Assembly: GCF_009914755.1 (NCBI RefSeq)
Contig: NC_060932.1
Source of the DNA: the human T2T-CHM13v2.0 reference genome, Homo sapiens
Length of the DNA stretch: 64,000 nucleotides
Strand: one strand, 5' to 3'
Shown here: positions 1 through 15,132 of the stretch, piece after piece
Layout of the letters: each line of letters opens with the position of its first letter
How positions within the stretch are numbered: the stretch's first letter is position 1
Translations under genes and position numbers: made by a program
Notes under the pieces: generated by a model
The model's input: the letters and a program-made list of their open reading frames with translations, nothing else
Databases searched by the model: none
What the model was told of the DNA's origin: nothing

Positions 1-1640
1 TTGTGAATTTTGCTCTCTCACCTTACTATAGTTTCTACTAAGTATGGCAGGAGATTTTAGGGTGAGTTATAAGAACATGCTTCTGTTTAGAAAAGAAACA
101 AATTTAGCAAAAACCTACTCACAATCCAATATAATATTTCATGAGACAAGATCACAAGGCATAATACAAGATTTCACTGGATAGCATCAACAACAGAATA
201 AGGCCCCAGCCCTGCAGGAACTGACAGTCTTACTTTTAACAAACTGAAAGTCATACAACACATTAAGAAGAAAATGAAATAGGCTCTGACTCCTTACAGA
301 TATTAGACACATACAAAAAGGATAGAGAAATGAAGTATCATATTTTACACCAGATTGTGATGTTCTTGATCTTGTTCTTCTATGTAACCCCACAACCAAC
401 TCAGAAGACAGGCATATAGTAATGAAACCAAGTGAAGAAAGCCTCTTAGAAAAGACAGACTTTAAAATAGAATATATGAATGGGAAGGATGACAAGGAAA
501 GAAAATATTTCCTTCTTAGAAGATAAGTGAGATATGAATCATCATACCAACAGCATTAAAGATATAGGGAATATAAAATCACTTTGAATTGTTAAAATGA
601 AAAAAAGTTCTGGGATTACAGACATGACCCTATTATTATTAACTACCTATTTCTTCTTCAAATTCCTTATTTCTTCTCCATTCTCCATTCCCTCTAATAC
701 ATTTTTCCTCTTCTCAATTCCCCATTGGTAGACATTACTCAGTTCTCAGTCTTTAGTGCTCTTCTCTTTTCTCTTTCACCACACACAAATTACCTTTAAG
801 ATCATCCTAAAATTCTTAGATTTGGTGCTATGTAGTTTTACACACACACACAATTTTCAGCCTGGGACTATTTATTTGAAAGTCACATCTAATGATATCT
901 TTCAAACCCATTTATCCCCTTTTGTGTCCACAACCATTATCTAATCCAGACTGATATGACCTCTCATGTGGATTACTGCAACAGCTACCCAAGTCGGAGC
1001 CATCCCAGACACCACTGCCAAATCATTCTAAAATCATTCCTGGTTATCCCTTCCCAAATGCTCTCACGGTTCCCTCTAACCTACAGAATAGACTCCAAAC
1101 TTCTCACATGTATTTACAACTTTCCATTATCTGGCTCTGCCTATTCACCCATATTGTTACTTATGTCTCAAACAAAGCCTCTGTTCCTTCCAGGCCACCA
1201 AGTCTCTATCTGTCCAGTATCTTTGAAGAGCACAAGTCATAATGCTAACTGTGACTGATAGGATGGGAGCTTAAAGATATGAGGCAGCTTAATCTAGAAC
1301 ATTCTGCAAGAAAAGAAAAATGGGATTCAAACTCAAGTGTTCCTCACTCCAAAGCTGTCCTCTTAACCATTGGTATTACAGTCTTTTTCACCCAAAAGCT
1401 AGCACTTTTAACCACTACGCCCTGCCTTTTTTATTAATCAAAGCATGTATAACTTACCAAAAGAAAAAAAAACTGTCTAGCTCTGGTCTGGTTAATAACT
1501 CTATTAGCTAAGGCTTATACATTGTGCAATTTTCAAAGACAAGTACATATTGCTCTTTTACATAAATATGTGTGCTAAAAAGGATGAAAGTGTATTTGAT
1601 GGATCCTCACTCCTTGATGCAAAATTAAAAGTAGAAATTT

Positions 1641-1940
1641 GCTGGGCATGGTGGCTCATGTCTGCAGTCCCAGAGGTTTAGAAGGCTGAGGTGAGAGAAT
1701 CATTTGAGGCCAGGAGTTTGAGACCAGCTTAGGCAATATAGCCAGACCCCATCTCTACAAAAAATTTAAAAATTAGCCAGGCATGCTTTTGTGCACCTGT
1801 AGTTCCAGCTACTCTGGAGGCTGAGGTGAGAGAGTGGCTTGAGCTCAGGAGTTCAAGGCCGCAGTGAGCTACGATCAACCCACTGCACTCCAGCCTGGAT
1901 GACAGAGTAAGACCCTGTCTCTAAAAAAACAATAAAAATA
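1641..1940 (+). mobile_element. Alu SINE, old AluJ-like
   Basis: Dimeric Alu: GCTGGGCATGGTGGCTCATG... central A-linker ...CACTGCACTCCAGCCTGGATGACAGAGTAAGACCCTGTCTC plus A tail. GAGGCCAGGAGTTTGAG and CAGGAGTTCAAGGCCGCAG are J-type features. Confidence 0.92.
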
Positions 1941-2238
1941 ATGTAAAGGTCTCTATGGAATCAGAAAAAATTCTGTAAGCTAATGAAGACTTTTTAAAAA
2001 ATAGCTTCTGGGAGAGAAAGCTAAATAGATATATAATTACACACTTCTTTCCTCACGAAGACAATGAACTAGAGTTTGGTCTCTCTTTTCATGCAAATAT
2101 ATGTGCTCATGAATTTATGTCAGTTTCATTCTCTCATTATACTAAAATCAAAGCATATAAATGGCAGTTTCTTCTTTCTTAGTAGTACTGAAGTCTGCAG
2201 AGCAGGAATCCAGCCAAAGCCTATAATACTATGTTTGT

Positions 2239-2540
2239 CAGAGGTTGCGAAGTGGTGGCGTAAAGACTAAATCTGGCCTGCATGTGTGTGCCATTGGCCC
2301 TTATGGTGTTTTCTGTTTAATTGAATTAGTCTCAAACATTCAAAAATCAAGACATTTCACATAAAATCCAGATTTCCAGATTTTCTTGGAAAATACAGAG
2401 ATCTGAAAACACTGGGCCCGCATTCCTGCATGGCAATAATCCCGTAGAATTCCCAAGTCACTGGCAGGCTCCCCCTGGATGGGGGTGAGTTCTCTAATTC
2501 ACCCTGCCCTGTCATGGCTCTGTGTCTTGAAGACATTTTA
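2239..2540. mobile_element. MER102-like hAT-Charlie DNA transposon relic
   Basis: TTTCACATAAAATCCAGATTTCCAGATTTTCTTGGAAAATACAGAGATCTGAAAACACTGGGCCCGCATTCCTGCATGGCAA resembles the MER102 core; ends approximate. Confidence 0.65.
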
Positions 2541-2784
2541 TTTCACATCCTCAGGTTTTACAGGTGATCAGAGTTTTGAAAATCATTTGTGGAGGAGGGG
2601 AGCACAATGAAGAATGTAGGAAGAACAGAGTCTAGGAACTCAGAACATCATTCTAGTGTTTTGTTCGTGTGTTTGAAATTGTTGAAATTCTTTCTTGGAA
2701 AGGTGGGAAGTGCATCAAAGCTCTTCATATCTCCTGCTTCTTTTTCCATCTCATCGACTACACTTAAAGCACAAAAAATTTTTA

Positions 2785-2973
2785 AAGAAGGAAAGGAGAA
2801 AGAAGAAAGTAAGAAAAAGAAGAAAGAAAGAAAAGGAAAGAAAGAAAGAAAAAGCGGGGAGGGAGGGAGGGAAGAAGGAAGGAAGGAGGGAGGGAGGGAA
2901 GAAGGAAGGAAGGAGGAAGGGAGGGAAGAAGGAAGGAAGGAGAGAGAGAAAGAAAGAAAAAAGAAAGAAAGAG

Positions 2974-3024
<51 letters not shown>

Positions 3025-3115
3025 AAAAGAAAGAAGGAAAGAAGGAAAGAAAGAAAGAGAAGGAAAGAAGGAAAGAAAGAAAGAGAAAGAAAGGAAGCAA
3101 GCAAGTAAGCAAGCA
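2785..3115 (+). repeat. Polypurine (GAAA)n/(GGAA)n/(GGGA)n low-complexity tract
   Basis: Almost pure A/G for about 330 bp; explains the K/E/R-rich and F/L/S-rich ORFs. Confidence 0.97.
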
Positions 3116-3601
<486 letters not shown>

Positions 3602-6582
3602 TTATTTTAATTTCCTTTTTTCACAACTCTCATCTCTGTCCTAGCCCCCATGCCTCAATTTGGAAGACAATTATAGTTATGAGTTGATCAAATTTTATAC
3701 AGAAAACTGTGATATTTTAATAGTAACTTACAAAACAAACTGGAAGAAAATAATACAATAGCTTGAGGAAGAATCAGATTATAGCATGAAAAGTAACCTC
3801 AGAGATTGTGGGTATATATATATATAATTAAGAAAAAAAAGATAACCAAACATAATACTGGGGAATGACACAAAGGATATTCTTAACACGGAATCAAGCA
3901 GAGTCAACAAGATTTTTGGTTTGAAAGGCATCTTCAAGGATGTTTTATTTTATATGTATATATATTTTGAAAAGCAACCTCAGCAATTCTCAAGAAGTTA
4001 TTATGTCATTTCTTTCTATGCTGCTGAATAAAAGAACCTGTGATTAAGTAGCAGTTCATGATTTAAGGAACCAATAGAATTCATTGGACATTTTATAAGA
4101 GCTTTTCTAGTGGCTTCCTACCTCTGAGGAGCTAGTTTCGATTTATATGTTGTAATTAATCAGATAGCTAGAGCCAGAGAGAATTCATCAAAGAAAATGG
4201 AAACTTATTTTTGTGTAATTAGCTACTCTGATGATTGATCAGTTAGTCACTTTATTTTTTTTCTGTTCACTGCCAATTCTGACTATATATTTTATCTTAT
4301 TATCCAGGAATCTTCAAATGGAAAAACCTAGTAATTTCTCTTGCCCTGCTTAAGTGTCAATGAAGAGAATAATAGAAGAAAAGCTCTTTCTAAAACTGGT
4401 TTTCCAAACTTTATATGTGAACTCCTTTCTAAATATTGGAATTCTATTCTTCCCATAGAAGTGGCTGTGCTCCACAATATAAGAACAGAACAGCAGATTA
4501 AGTAACAAAGCAAGGACTTACTAGATAATCAGGATGTTAAAGAGGAAAGTGGACTTTCTGGTTTGAGGTTAGAACAATCCATTCAAAATCTTCTGGAAAA
4601 CACAGAGAAAGCTTAACTAATTTGAAAATTATTGCCATTCTTTTTTTTCCTGAGCTACCACCAATTTATTCATTCCCTTTTTGAAAATCTCCTCTATTTT
4701 TCATTTGGCAAACAGATTTTCTTCATTGCTTCATACTGATGGGGGGTAAGAGGGAGTAATGTCTTCTTATGTATAAAGTAAACCATATGAATGTGTAAAT
4801 TTAGACAAATGGGGAAATAAATGGATGGTTATTATGCAAATAGCAAAAGCCAAATGAATACGTAAACTTTCTTAGACCACAGTGGCGCCTTCTCAAAGAA
4901 GTGTTCCCTTTGCTCTTTCCTTTAAGTTTCACAAGCCTTAAGAACCAAAATCAACTCAAGAGATTTAGCTTTCAGCCCTTGGCTTTTATTTACTTCTTCT
5001 TCTTCTTCTTGGTCTGAAGTAAACTGGCCAGTCCTACTATAGATAAGCACATGTAAAGAAGATGAAAGAATTAGGTGATAGGATTTTGCTATAAAGCAAA
5101 TAAACTAAGTTTATGTAGTTCTTTCAAGTCCACCAAACAAACATGAATCTACTAGTAGAAAACTATCTTACACCTTTTGAAACTCTTAATGTTCAGTCCC
5201 TCCCAGCATGCAAAGTACTTTTCATCTATAAAACTTTGAAAAATGAGAGGATCTTAGAAGGTAACTGGGGCAATACTCTTCAATAGCAATACTCTTAATC
5301 TTCTTAGATTCTTTACCATTAAGTTTAAGTACTAGAAACTCAAAAGTTTTTTAAAACTCTCACTGCCCTTTTGAAATTGTAAACTAACAGGGTGTCTTCT
5401 TTCCTGGCCACCTTTTCAGATGAGAGCTGCTCAGATTGTTGGTGTATGCATTGGATGAAAGCTCTTCCAAGCCTTCTGTCTTTAAACTGGCTTATTTCTT
5501 TTCAGTCTTTGAAATTATGTTACTGATGGCCCTTTGAATAACCAAATCTAGAAGACTTTTCCCATACATCATTATCCTGCATCAAGGGTCTCTTCTCCAA
5601 ATTACTGATCTCCACTATCTTCCAGCCCCTCTGGGAAGAGCTGAGGTTTCAGTGTTAATATTTGGCATTTCCACTCCCTGGCCATTGGAATATTTTTTTT
5701 CCCCAATCTCAACTCTCTGTCACTGAAGCAAGAAATAATTTATTCTTCTAATCAATAGGTACCGTTACAAACCTTCATATGTTAGATGAAAGCAAAGACT
5801 CCATCTCAGGCTCAGGAGAACCCCGACACCTCCCTGTATTCACTCTCTGTCCTTTCTGCCAAGGTGTTATGTGTTTCACCACTCTTCCTCTGAGTGTATC
5901 AATAGAAGGGAAATTAGAGGCTGGGACCTACAACTACCATTTGGATTTTGACCTCGACTTCACCATTTCATCCTGTGTCTTTCGTGGATCAATTTTATGG
6001 CATTTGTGGAACTGAGATACCTCAGATGCCCCCTGAACCCTCATGTATTCATCAGATCATGTGACAAAATTCTATCTTCAAATGCTGGTAGCCATGGGGG
6101 TTGATGGAGTCAGCTACTGTCTGCCATTACTGCTTGGGGCCATGGCCATAACAGGGAGTGAGGATTATATGTATCATCCAAGGAATAGGAGGAGGGACGA
6201 GGGCCTCTATTGGTCTATGTGACTGTTTTTATATAACACCATGCTGTTTTAGTTACTGTAGATTTATAGTATAGTTTAAAGGTGAATAATGTGATGCCTC
6301 TGGCTTTGTTCTTTTTAGAATTGCTTTGGCTATTTGGGCTCTTTTTTTGCTTCCATGTGAATTTTAGAATCATTTTTTCTAGTTCTATGAAAAAATGACA
6401 TTGATAGTTTGATAGGAATAGCTTTGGGCAATATTGCCATTTTAATGATATAGATTCTTCCAATACATGAGCATGGAATGTTTTTCCATTTGTTGTTGTC
6501 ATCTATGGTTTCACTCAGCAGTGTTTTGTAGCTCTCCTTGTAGAGGTCATTTACCTCCTTGATTAGATATATTCCTAGGTAG

Positions 6583-6613
6583 TGTGTGTGTGTGTGTGTG
6601 TGGGGGGGGGGGG
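6583..6613. repeat. (TG)n plus poly-G microsatellite inside the L1
   Basis: TGTGTGTGTGTGTGTGTGTGGGGGGGGGGGG seen directly. Confidence 0.9.
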
Positions 6614-9600
6614 CTATCATAAATGTTATTGCATTCTTGACTTGGATTTCAGCTTGAATATTATTGGAGTACAGTAATGCTACTGATTTTTGTACAGTGA
6701 CTGGATCCTGAAACTTTACTAAAGTCATTTATCAATTCCAGGAGCCTTTTGGCAGAGTCTTTAGGGTTTTCTACGTATAGAATGATATTGTAAGTGAAGA
6801 GAGATAGTTTGACTTCTTCTTTTTCTATTTGGGTGTCTTATTTGTTTCTCTTGACTGATTGCTCTGGCTAGGACATGCAGTATTATGTTGAATAGGAGTC
6901 GTGAGAGTGGGCATCCTTGTCTTGTTTCAGTTCTCAAGGGGAGTGCTTCCAGTTTTTGCCCATTCAGTAATGGCTTGGATTTGCCATAGATGACTCATTA
7001 TTTTGAGGTATGTTCCTTCATTGCCTAGTTTCTTGAGGGTTTTTATCTTGAAGGGATGTTGAATTTTACTGAAAGCCTTTTCTGCATCTATTGAGATGAC
7101 TATATGGTTTTTGTTTTTAATTCTGTTTATGTGATTAGTCACGTGTATTGATTTGCATATGTTGAACCAACCTTGCATCCCAAGGATAAAGCCTACTTGA
7201 TCATGGTGAATTAACTTATTGATGTGTTGTAGGATTTTGTTTGCTAATATTTTGCGAGGATTTCTGCATCTATGATCGTAAGAATTATTGGCCTGTAGTT
7301 TGGTTGTGTCTGTGTGTGCGTGTGTCTTTGCCAGGTTTCGGTATCAGGGTAATGTTGGCTTCATAGAATGAGTTAGGGAGGAGTCCTTTCTCCTCAATTT
7401 TTTGGAATAGTTTCAGTAAAATTAATACCAGCTCCTCTTTGTATATGTGGTAGAGTTTAGCTGTGAATCTATCTGATCCAAGGATTTTTTTGGTTGATAG
7501 GTTTTTTATTAGTGATTCAATTTTGGAACTCAGTATTGGTCTGCTCAGGGTTTCAATTTCTGCCTGATTCAATCTAGGAAGATTGTGTGTTTCCAGGAAT
7601 TTCTCAATTTCCTCTAAATTTTCTAGTCTGTGTGCATGGAGGTGTTCATAATAGGCTCTGTGGATATTTTGTATTTCTGGGAGAATAGGTTGTAATGTCA
7701 CCCTTGTCATTTCTAATTGTACCTATTTTGATCTTCTTTTCTCTCTTTTTTTCCTTTGTTAATCTAGCTAGCAGTCTGGTGATCTTGTTTATCATTTCAA
7801 AGGACCAACTTTTGGGTTCACTGATTCTTTGCATAAATTTTTGGGTCTGAATTTCATTCAGTTCCACTCTGATTTTAGTTATTTATTTTCTTCTGCTAAC
7901 TTTGATATGAGTTTGTTCTTGTTTTACTAGTTCCTCTATGTGCAATGTTAGATCATTAATTTGAGATCTTTCTAACTTTTTGAAGGTGGCGTTTAGCACT
8001 ATAAACTTTCCTCTTAACAACTGCTTTTGCTGCATCGTAGAGATTTTGGTATGTTGTGTCTCTGTTTTTATTTATTTCAAATAATTTTTTGACTTCTGCC
8101 TTAATTTCTTTGTTTATCCAAAAGTCATGTAGTAGCAAGTTGATTTTCATGTAATTGTGTAGTTTTGAGTGATCTTCTTGGTATTGAATTCCATTTTTAT
8201 TCCACTGTGGTCCAAGAGTATGGCTGGTATAATTTTGTTTTGTTTTGAATTTATTGAGACTTGCTTTATGGCCAAAAATGTAGTTGACCTTAAAGTATGT
8301 CCCATGTGCAGATAAGAACAATGTCTACTCCGTGATTGATGGGTAGAGTATTTTGTACATGTCTATTAGGTCAAATTGGTCAAGTGTCAAATTTAAGTCC
8401 AAATTTTCTTTGTTAGTTTTCTTCTTCAATGATGTGTTTAACACTATCAGTGGGGCATTGAAGACCTCCACTATTATTGTGTGATGTCTAAGTATTTCTG
8501 TAGTTCTAGAAGTACTTGTTTTATAAATCTGTGTACTCTTTTGTTGGGTGCATATATATATTTAGGTTAAGTCTTCTCATAATAGAACTCTTTATCATTA
8601 TGTAATGCCCTTTTCTTTTTTACTGTGTATGGCTTAAAGTCTGTTTTATCTGATTTAAGGCTAGTGACCCCTGCTCCTTTGTGTGTTCTGTTTGCATGAT
8701 AGATCTTTCTTCGACCCTTTACTTTGAGCCTATGTGTATCATTATATGTAAGATGGGTCTCTTGAAAACTTGCTTCATAATGTCTGTGGACTATGTATTT
8801 AAGTGTGTTTTTGTGGTAGCAGGCGTTGTTATTTCATTTCCATGTTTAGAATTCCCTTAAGGATTTCCTGTAAGGCTGTCTAGTGGTAATGAATGCCCTT
8901 TGCACTTGCTAATCTCGAAATGATTTTATTTCTCCCTCACTTATGAAGCTTAGTTTGCAGGGATATGAAATTTTTACTTGGAATTTCTTTTCTTTAAGAA
9001 TGCAGAAAATAATCTCCCAATCCTTCCTGACTTGCAAGGTTTCTGCTGAGAAGTCTACTGTTAGCCTGATGGGATTCCCTTTCTACATGATCTAACTTTT
9101 TTCTCCAGCTCCCTTTAACATATTTTTTCTTTAGCATCAACTTTGGACAGTCTGAACATAACTATATGCCTTAGTTATGTTCATTTGTTATAGTATCTTG
9201 CAAATGTTCCCTGGCTTTCTCATATCTAGATTTCTACCTCTCTAGCAATATTAGGAACATTTTCTTGAATTATTCCCTCAAATGTGTTCTCCTGGTTGTG
9301 TACCTTTTCTCCTCTCAGGAATGCCAATAATTCATAGATTTAGTGACTTTACATAATCCCATAATTCTGGAAGGCTTTGATGATTTTTGTAAAATTATTT
9401 TTTCTTTATTTTTGTCTGCCTGGGTTAATTTGAAAGACAGGTCTTCAAGCTCTGTAATTCTTCTGCTTGGTCCAGTCTATTGATAAAGCTTTCAGTTGTA
9501 TTTTAAAATTCCTTAAGTGAATTTTTCAATTTCAGAAGCTCTGACTGATTTCCTGTTAAGATGTTTATCTCCTCTTTCATTTCCGGGATTGCTTTAGAAG

Positions 9601-9742
9601 GTTCTATCTGTTGATTTTCAACTTTCTCTTGGATCTTGTTGAGCTTCCTTGCAATCCATGCTTCAAATTCTTTATCTGTCATTTCTGAGCTTCCTTTTTG
9701 GTTAGGAACCATTGCTGCATAGCTAGTGAGATGCTTAGTTTT

Positions 9743-11972
9743 TGTATTAGTCTTTTCTCACACTGCTGATAAACACATACCTGAGACTGGGTAATTTACA
9801 TATAAAAAGAGGTTTAATGGGATCACAGTTCCATGTAGCTGGGGAAGCCTCACAATCATGGCAGAAGGTGAAAGGCACATCTTACATGGCAGCTAGCAAG
9901 AGAGAATGAGAGCCAAGCAAAAGAGAAAACCCCTTATGAAACCATCAGTTTTCATAAGACTTATTCATTATCACAAGAACAGTATGGGGGAAACTGTTCC
10001 CATAATTCATTTATCTCCCATTATCTCTCACTGGGTTCCTCCCACATGTGGGAATTATGGGAGCTATAATTCAAGATGAGATTTGGGTGGGGACACAGCC
10101 AAAACATATCATTCTGCCCCTGATCACGCCCAAATCTCATGTCCTCACATTTCAAAACCAATTATGCCTTCCTGACAGTCCCCTAAAATCTTAGCTCATT
10201 TCAGCATTAACTCAAAAGTACAAGTCCAAAGTCTTATCTGAGACAAGGCAAGTCCCTTCCACCTAAGAGCTTGTAAAATCAAAAGCAAGTTAGTTACTTT
10301 CTAGATACAATGGGGATACAGGCATTGAATAAATGCACCCATTCCAAATGGGAGAAACTGGCCAAAATGAAGGGGCCCCATGCAAGTCTAAAATCCAGTG
10401 GGGCAGTCAAATCGTAGAGCTCCAAAATGATCTCCTTTGACTCCATGTCATACATCCAGGTCACACTGATGGGTTCCCATGGTCTTGGGCAGCTCCACCC
10501 TGTGGCTTTGTGAGGTACAGCCTCCCTCCTGGCTGCTTTCACGTGCTGGCACTGAGCAACTGCAATTTTTTCAGGCACACGGTGCAAGCTGCCCATTCTG
10601 GGGTATGAAGGACGGTGGCCCACTTCTCACAGTTTTACTAGGCAGTGTCCGAGTGGGGACACTGTGGGGGCACCAACTTCACATTTTCCCTCAACAATGC
10701 CCTGGCAGAAGTTGTCCATGAGGGCCCCACCCCTGCAGCCAACTTGTGCCTGGACATCCAGGCATTTTCATACAGCCTCTGAAAACCAGGCAGAGGTTCT
10801 CAAGCCTCAATTCCTGACTTCTGTGCACCCGCAGGATCAACACCCCATGGAAGCTTCCAAGGATTGGGGCTTGCACTCTCTGAAGCCACAGCCTGAGCTG
10901 TACCTTGGCCTCTTTTAGCCATAGCTAGAGCAGCTGAGCCACAATGCACCAAGTCCCTAAGCTGCACACAGCAGAGGGCCCTGTACTCACAAAGCCATTT
11001 TTTTCCTCCTAGGCCCCCAGGTCTGTGCTGGGAGGGGCTGTCATGAAGTCCTCTAACATGCTCTGGAGACACTTTCCCTATTGTCTTGGGGATTAACATT
11101 TAGCTTCTTGTTACTTATGCAAATTTCTGCTTGAATTTCTCCTCAGAAATGGGTTTTTGTTTTCTATCACATCATCAGGCTGCAAATTTTCTGAACTTTC
11201 ATGTTCTGTTTCCCTTTTAGAACTGAATGCTTTTAACAGCATTCAAGCCACCTCTTGAATGCTTTGCTGCTTAGAAATTTCTTTTGCCAGAAACCCTAAA
11301 TCGTTTCCCTTGAGTTCAAAGTCCCACAAATCTCTAGGGCAGAGGCAAAATGCCACCAGTCTCTTTGCAAAAACATAGCAAGAGTCACCTTCACTCCAGT
11401 TCCCAACAGGTTCCTCATCTCCTTCTGAGACCACCTCAGCCTCAATTTTATTGTTCATATCATTATCAGCATTTTGGTCAAAGCCATTCAACAAGTCTCT
11501 AGGAAGTTCCAAACTTTCTCTAAGACCTCCATACTGTTCCAGCCTCTTCCTGTTACCCAATTCCAAAATTACTTCCACATTTTCGGATATCTTTACAGCA
11601 GTGCCCCACTCCTGGTGCCAATTTACTGTATTAGTCCATTCTCACACTGCTATAAAGGATGGCCTGTGACTGGATAATTTATCAAGAAAAAGCAGTTTAA
11701 TGGAATCATAGTTCCATGTGGCTGGGGAGGTCTCACAATCATTGTGGAAGGCAAAAGGCACATCTTACATGGTAGCAGGCAAGAGAGAATGGGTGCCAAG
11801 TGAAAGCAGAAACCCCTTATAAAACCATCAGATCTCATGAGATTTATTCACTACCACAAAAACTGCCCCCATGATTCAATTATCTCCCACTGGGTCTCTC
11901 CCATAACACATAGGAATTATGAAACTAAAATTCAAGATGAGATTTGGGTGGGAACATAGCCAAACTATGTCA
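9743..11972 (-). mobile_element. Complete THE1B-like MaLR provirus (LTR 9743-10111, internal 10112-11626, LTR 11627-11972)
   Basis: Both LTRs read TGTATTAGTC...CCAAA(A)C(T)AT(A/G)TCA, the reverse complement of the THE1 LTR. The internal ORF ELPRDLLNGFDQNADNDM is typical of THE1-int. Degenerate 5-bp TSD GTTTT/GTTGT. Confidence 0.92.
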
Positions 11973-13594
11973 GTTGTTGTCACTTCATGCAGGTTTTTCG
12001 TGGTGCCAAAATTCTTGCACCGATTCTTTCTCATCTGGAGATGCTGGTACTTCTAATTTTTGTAACTATTTTCATGCAGTTATAATTTTGTGTCTTTCTT
12101 TCTCTATAATATTATTGGGTTTTTTCTTTCCCTTTCCCTTTTCCCCATCCTTAGGGGATGTGATGGTAGAGAATACTGGGTAGGATTTTTTGGCTTTGCC
12201 TCTATAGCTCTTAGTACTTCTGTCATCAGGTTTTATACTGGGCTGTGGAGTTTGACCTACAAGCTAGTAGATGGTACTTATGTGGTACTTATGGGTAAGA
12301 GTGGGAGGCAGCCATCATGGTTGGGTGTATGCTTGATCCATGTTTTCTGATAGAAGATCTGTTGCCTCAAACAATAGGCTGACTTGTGGAGTGCACAGGG
12401 GTCTAAGCTCCCTGCTCAGCCCTGAGGATGCGGGCATGATGGGCGGGGCTGGACCAGGTGGGCCCACCAACAGGTCCCTCAATGGCAGGCACAAGCACTA
12501 GTGCCAAGGGGAGAATCCAGTGGGTGATCACCAAGTTCCCAGAAGTGTGCCTAGGTGTGGATCTGGGAAACCTCCTTGGCCTCAAGTTCTCTACACAGGA
12601 TAAGGAGTGGCCTAAACTACTAACCCAGGAGAGTGGGTGCCACAGATGCCTGGAGATCTGCCTGGGCATGGAGCACACCAGGATCTGTGCACAGGAAGGG
12701 TAGGGTGGTTCAGGGTGACAATCCAGGTGAGGAAGTGCTCCAAACACCTGGAGATATGTCTGGGCATGGAATGGAGAGGGTCCTACTTCCTCACAATGTC
12801 AGGGGAGAAGGCTGGGTCACCAAGTAGACCAGTTCCAGGTTGCCAAGCTGACCCTGGCTATAAGTCTCATTGTCCAGGAGAAAGTACAGCTATAGCAGCT
12901 CTCCTCCCACCCCAGGCCTGTCATAGGGGAGAGCACAATTCCACTGCCTACTTCTGAGGTGCTTTCCACAGTTCTGGCTGTGGAGGCCCCTACCCTGCTC
13001 CAGAGCAGGTGCTCCATTCTCCAGCCTGAGTCAAATGCCTGCACAGCCATGCTGCCATGTGGCTAAGAATGGCTGGCTTTGTGTGTCCGGATTAAAAAAG
13101 GCCTCCTGCGTTCAATCCCAGGTCTGGGAAAATACCTGCAAATTTTCCCGGTATCTTTCCCTAACAGGATTTCCAAGCCTCTCCCCAAATTAGCTCCAAG
13201 GCTTGGGAGAAACAAAGTGCTCTTCTTCCGCCTGGGTCACTCAGATCTTCAGTGGAAAGATGAGTCACAGAGGGAGGCTCTCTGCTGTCTCACATATTGA
13301 GGCTTCACTCACTTTTATAAGCCAAATGCCATCAAGGGGGCTGTTTGCCCATGTTCCCCTTCTCTGGATCTGGGGTGTCCTTCACAATTCCAGGGCGGAT
13401 TCTCATTTTCCTTCTTGAGTTAAAGCTTAGAGTTGACCTTTATGCACTATCTTGCTATTTCCAAGTGGCTGAAGCACGCTAAAAGCTTCTAAGCTGCCAT
13501 CTTGGAGAACAATAAAAAGGTTTTTATATTTTTAAGTAACTTTGCTTAAATCTAAAGAATTTGATGACATGTTGAAATTGTTGAAATTCTGCCC

Positions 13595-13763
13595 ATAAAT
13601 AAAGTTTTATTGGAACACAGCCATGTTCGCTTGTTTACATTTGACTATGGCTGCTTTGGTGCTGTAATGGCAGAGTTGAGTGGTTGCAGCACAGATTGTG
13701 TGGCCTGCAAAGCCTAAAATATTTACTGTCTGGATCTTTGCAGAAACTCTTTGCTGACCCCTG
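13595..13763. mobile_element. MER58A-like DNA transposon fragment
   Basis: AATAAAGTTTTATTGGAACACAGCCA...GGCCTGCAAAGCCTAAAATATTTACT...TTTGCTGACCCCTG. Confidence 0.8.
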
Positions 13764-15132
13764 GTCTTAAGGGAAGGATATCTTTTTATTCTTGACCTCT
13801 TGCTAAGGCAACTCCTTATTATTTATTTGTACTAACGACCAAGATCACTTCCCAAGTTATGCAGGTCACTCACTCACTATGCAAAGCAATGCTGCTCAAT
13901 GACAATTCCAACCTTTCTGTGGTTTTGGATATATTTATTCACATGGGCATTTACATGAGTACATATTATGTGTTTTCAGTATTTGAAACAGGACTAATGG
14001 ACAATATAATTTGATATATTTCAAAATCCTGATTTACAATACCTGTTCTTCCACTTATTTGTTATGACTTTGGGAAGTTACTGTTTTCACATTTATGTAA
14101 TTTAAGACCTGCTCCATACATTGTTGTACAAAATAAAAGAGAAAGTTTTATGAAAGAGTATAGCACAAGACACTTAATAGATAGTCTATAGCTATTAATT
14201 CCTTTCCTCCATCATCCCATCTCATTACCATTTTTGCTCCTTTACACTTGTAAAAAGTCAAGAGACAAGAACATATCCTTCACTGGGTACTTTCCCCAAT
14301 GAACTAAATTTTCCAAGTTACTTGAGAAGGTAAAACAGCTTTTAGAAATGCACTAACGAGAAAATGAGCATCACAGAGGTTTTTATCTTGTCTAACACAA
14401 TAGCCCACGCCCTGTGGGCACTCCATAAACACTAACTGAATTGCATTTTATTATGCTGTTAGACCACAACCAATTGTTTTGCTGCCTCTATAATCAGAAA
14501 AGCTGGCTTAAAATGTATGGAAATAAACAATTTACCCATTGGTCCATGCTTGGAAAGGAAAACTTACACCTAACGTTCAGACATTATGCTTTGATAGATT
14601 CTACCCTTGGGGTGTGTTTAAATATGTAGCTTCAGTTTCTCTTTTATCAGTATACAAAAGTTTTCCAAGAAACACAAAGACTTGTGTTTAAGGACTTGCC
14701 ACGCAGCATACATCATGTTGTAGAAGCACCACAGTACTAGCAGTACTACCAATTGAAATTGGCTTGAAGACAAATGAAGCCTTGCTAGAACCTAAGAATA
14801 GAAGATTGTAAATGAAATAAACCTATCACTGAATTCTACTTATTTCATATATGCTTAAAAAGTTAGAAACTATATGTATAGTTCCAGAACTGTACAATAC
14901 CTTAGAGATGATCTCTTCAAAGAGTTTTCACACTGGAACCCTGGGGGTCTTTGGCAATAACTTAGGAGGCAGGAAAACTGTTGTATTTTTTCCATTCCAA
15001 CTACTTCCTCAGCCACAGAAATGTTGTGTTTGTTTTGTATATTGGAGTTTTGCATAATGTTTAGTTTAAAAATGGGTCTCACCAATTTTAAAAGGTGGAA
15101 AGCTACTGACTTATCTATTGTACATTGTAGAT

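Larger units (their letters stand above)
6217..13506 (-). mobile_element. Old primate LINE-1 (L1PA15/16-like); 5' end intact, 3' end missing; interrupted by THE1B
   Basis: Minus-strand ORF fragments match L1 ORF2 ([45 protein letters not shown]) and ORF1 (EMTDKEFEAWIARKL). The 5' end reads CCAAGATGGCAGCTTAGAAGC on - at about 13505. Confidence 0.88.

Noticed and set aside
4875-4892. CTCF-like GACCACAGTGGCGCC
   Set aside because: Spacing does not fit the CCASYAGRKGGCRS core.
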